From positions 16,833 through 80,832 of the forward strand of contig MU619288.1 in NCBI GenBank assembly GCA_025201805.1: 64,000 nt of DNA. The letters run 5' to 3'. Position numbers and translations under genes: made by a program. The notes under the pieces were generated by a model that searched no databases, was not told the origin of the DNA, and worked only from the letters and a program-made list of their open reading frames with translations. Each line of letters starts with the position of its first letter. Position 1 is the stretch's first letter. This DNA comes from Parasitella parasitica NRRL 2501. Lineage: Eukaryota > Fungi > Mucoromycota. Shown in pieces: positions 62,630 through 64,000 of this stretch.

Positions 62630-62935
62630 AGGAGATAAATACGACCGTCCAATGATAGGCAAAAAACAGTAGTTGCATGTGGATCATCAGGTTTAAAAGG
62701 AACATACAAAAATAACACTCCTGTACCAGTAAAGGCAGGTTATTCACCCTTCATCTTTTTTGTTAGTACATTGAAACTGACATCAATTTACAAGTAGAAA
62801 GTGCAAGGAGCCATCGCTGAACGTGCTGTTGTAATCCCTGTGGATGAATTCCGTACTACTATGACATGCTGTCATTGCCATGGTAGAGTTGAAAACGTTC
62901 TTCGTCTTGCACACCACCCTTGTGAGCACAAGTAA
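62630..62935 (+). pseudogene. Fanzor (eukaryotic TnpB) RuvC-II/zinc-finger fragment with a GC-AG intron
   Basis: Spliced translation (intron 62735-62797) NDRQKTVVACGSSGLKGTYKNNTPVPVK|KVQGAIAERAVVIPVDEFRTTMTCCHCHGRVENV; hallmark VDEFRT(S)xxCxxC. Confidence 0.8.
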
Positions 62936-62942
62936 GTAGGAA

Positions 62943-63650
62943 GAGAAGTATAGAAATCTTTTAAAAGAATTACAACGTCATATTGATAACAAGCTTGCAA
63001 CCACCTTCACAAAACTTGCCACAGAGTCCCACTTTCAAGTAATTTCTCACAATGTACAAAATTTGAAAGCTCACATCGACCAAATTGAAAATGATCCGGT
63101 ATATCTTAGCTCTAGTGTCATTTTACTCTACGAAACTTGGACTTTGACTTCAAATACTTTACAAATTCCTGATTTCCAAATGGCATCTGTAGTCCATTGT
63201 CCAAGTGAAACTGTACGTAAAGCCATTGGCTCTTGTTGTTACATTTCTACCACAATAACAGACAGCGTTTCTACTCATTCCAAGCTTTTGGTTTAGAACA
63301 GCAGCAACACATCTGTCAGTACATCTTGGGTAATTATCAACAATGAACTTTACTGTAGTGTTTATGCATCTCCTGGTGTCCCTACTACGTTGTTGTTACA
63401 AGCAATTAGGCACATCATCGAACAATGCGCAAGCAAAATTGTTATCGCAGGTGATTTCAACATTAACTTTAACGAAGAATCCTCAAAAAAGACGGCGTAT
63501 GAATTTATTGCATGAAAATGGACTGCAAAGCTCTTTGCCCAATGCAGTCCAGTCGTCTACTAAAGAAGGCACTTTAATTGATAATATCTTTACAGACAAA
63601 CAAGTATATAATTCAGGAAGATACATCTCTCTTACCAGTGAAATAAAATA
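62943..63650 (+). mobile_element. AP-endonuclease (EEP) domain remnant of Helentron/Helitron Rep-helicase type
   Basis: VISHNVQNLKAHIDQIENDPVYLSSSVILLYETWT...VYASP...VIAGDFNIN...STKEGTLIDNIFT; stops and frameshifts; truncated before the SDH motif. Confidence 0.72.
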
Positions 63651-63713
63651 TGTTTATAAGACAAATAACTTTGGAAAAAAAAAAAAGAATTGTCTTATTT
63701 ATAACGTCAACAG

Positions 63714-63828
63714 ATGAGCCGCCGGGCACTGCGTTTTTTTTCCCGCAGCGAAGCGGAGGGCAAAAAAAAAGTGGTCGGGGGCATCCGTCTAATAGCCAAG
63801 CAGGCCGTGGGTCTGCGGCCTTTTTTTT
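63714..63828 (+). other. GC-rich hairpins, putative rolling-circle element terminus
   Basis: Imperfect stem 63714-63785 around a GCGAAGC mini-hairpin (63748-63754); second palindrome AGGCCGTGGGTCTGCGGCCT (63802-63821) followed by a T run. Confidence 0.55.
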
Positions 63829-64000
63829 CTTTTGTAGCAATAGCGAAGATCATGTTATTTTGCAAAGATGAATGCATTCGGCTGGATTATGGCCATCAAC
63901 ATAGTCTTGTCGTCGTCTATTCTAGACTGGCGGTATCCCTAGGGTTTACATGCATTCGCCTTCTTTGCAAAGTATTGTTTCGAGTATTTTTCAGAGTCGG

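Overview
Eukaryotic fungal DNA, most consistent with Mucorales (Mucoromycota): AT-rich, about 45-70 nt GT-AG introns, and Mucorales-type Tc1/IS630 and L1-like remnants. The taxon is inferred, not checked. All calls come from motif reading without database searches, and multi-exon genes are given as outer bounds. About 20 host genes are present: DJ-1/PfpI, uL2/RPL2, Ecl1-like, GPI-anchored Kre9/Knh1-type, DUF4203, PWWP, MPDU1, hotdog thioesterase, RRP42, a GT2 glycosyltransferase, MCM7, a Zip1/CYS-3-like bZIP, GPALPP1, ZZ-EF-hand, NIT2/3, FYVE-ARM, GDE1 (SPX-ANK-GDPD) and a Barentsz/CASC3-like protein. They are separated by decayed transposon-derived patches, two large N gaps and three 10-N gaps. 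The most notable features are: (1) a mobile-element cluster at the right end, where a nearly intact DD34E Tc1/IS630 transposase lies head-to-head with an intron-containing Fanzor (eukaryotic TnpB) RuvC/zinc-finger fragment missed by the ORF track, followed by a Helentron-type AP-endonuclease fragment and terminal hairpins; (2) a Btz-domain protein with about 16 GW/WG Argonaute-hook-like motifs; (3) several scattered degenerate ORF remnants that may belong to a PD-(D/E)XK-like lineage-specific family.
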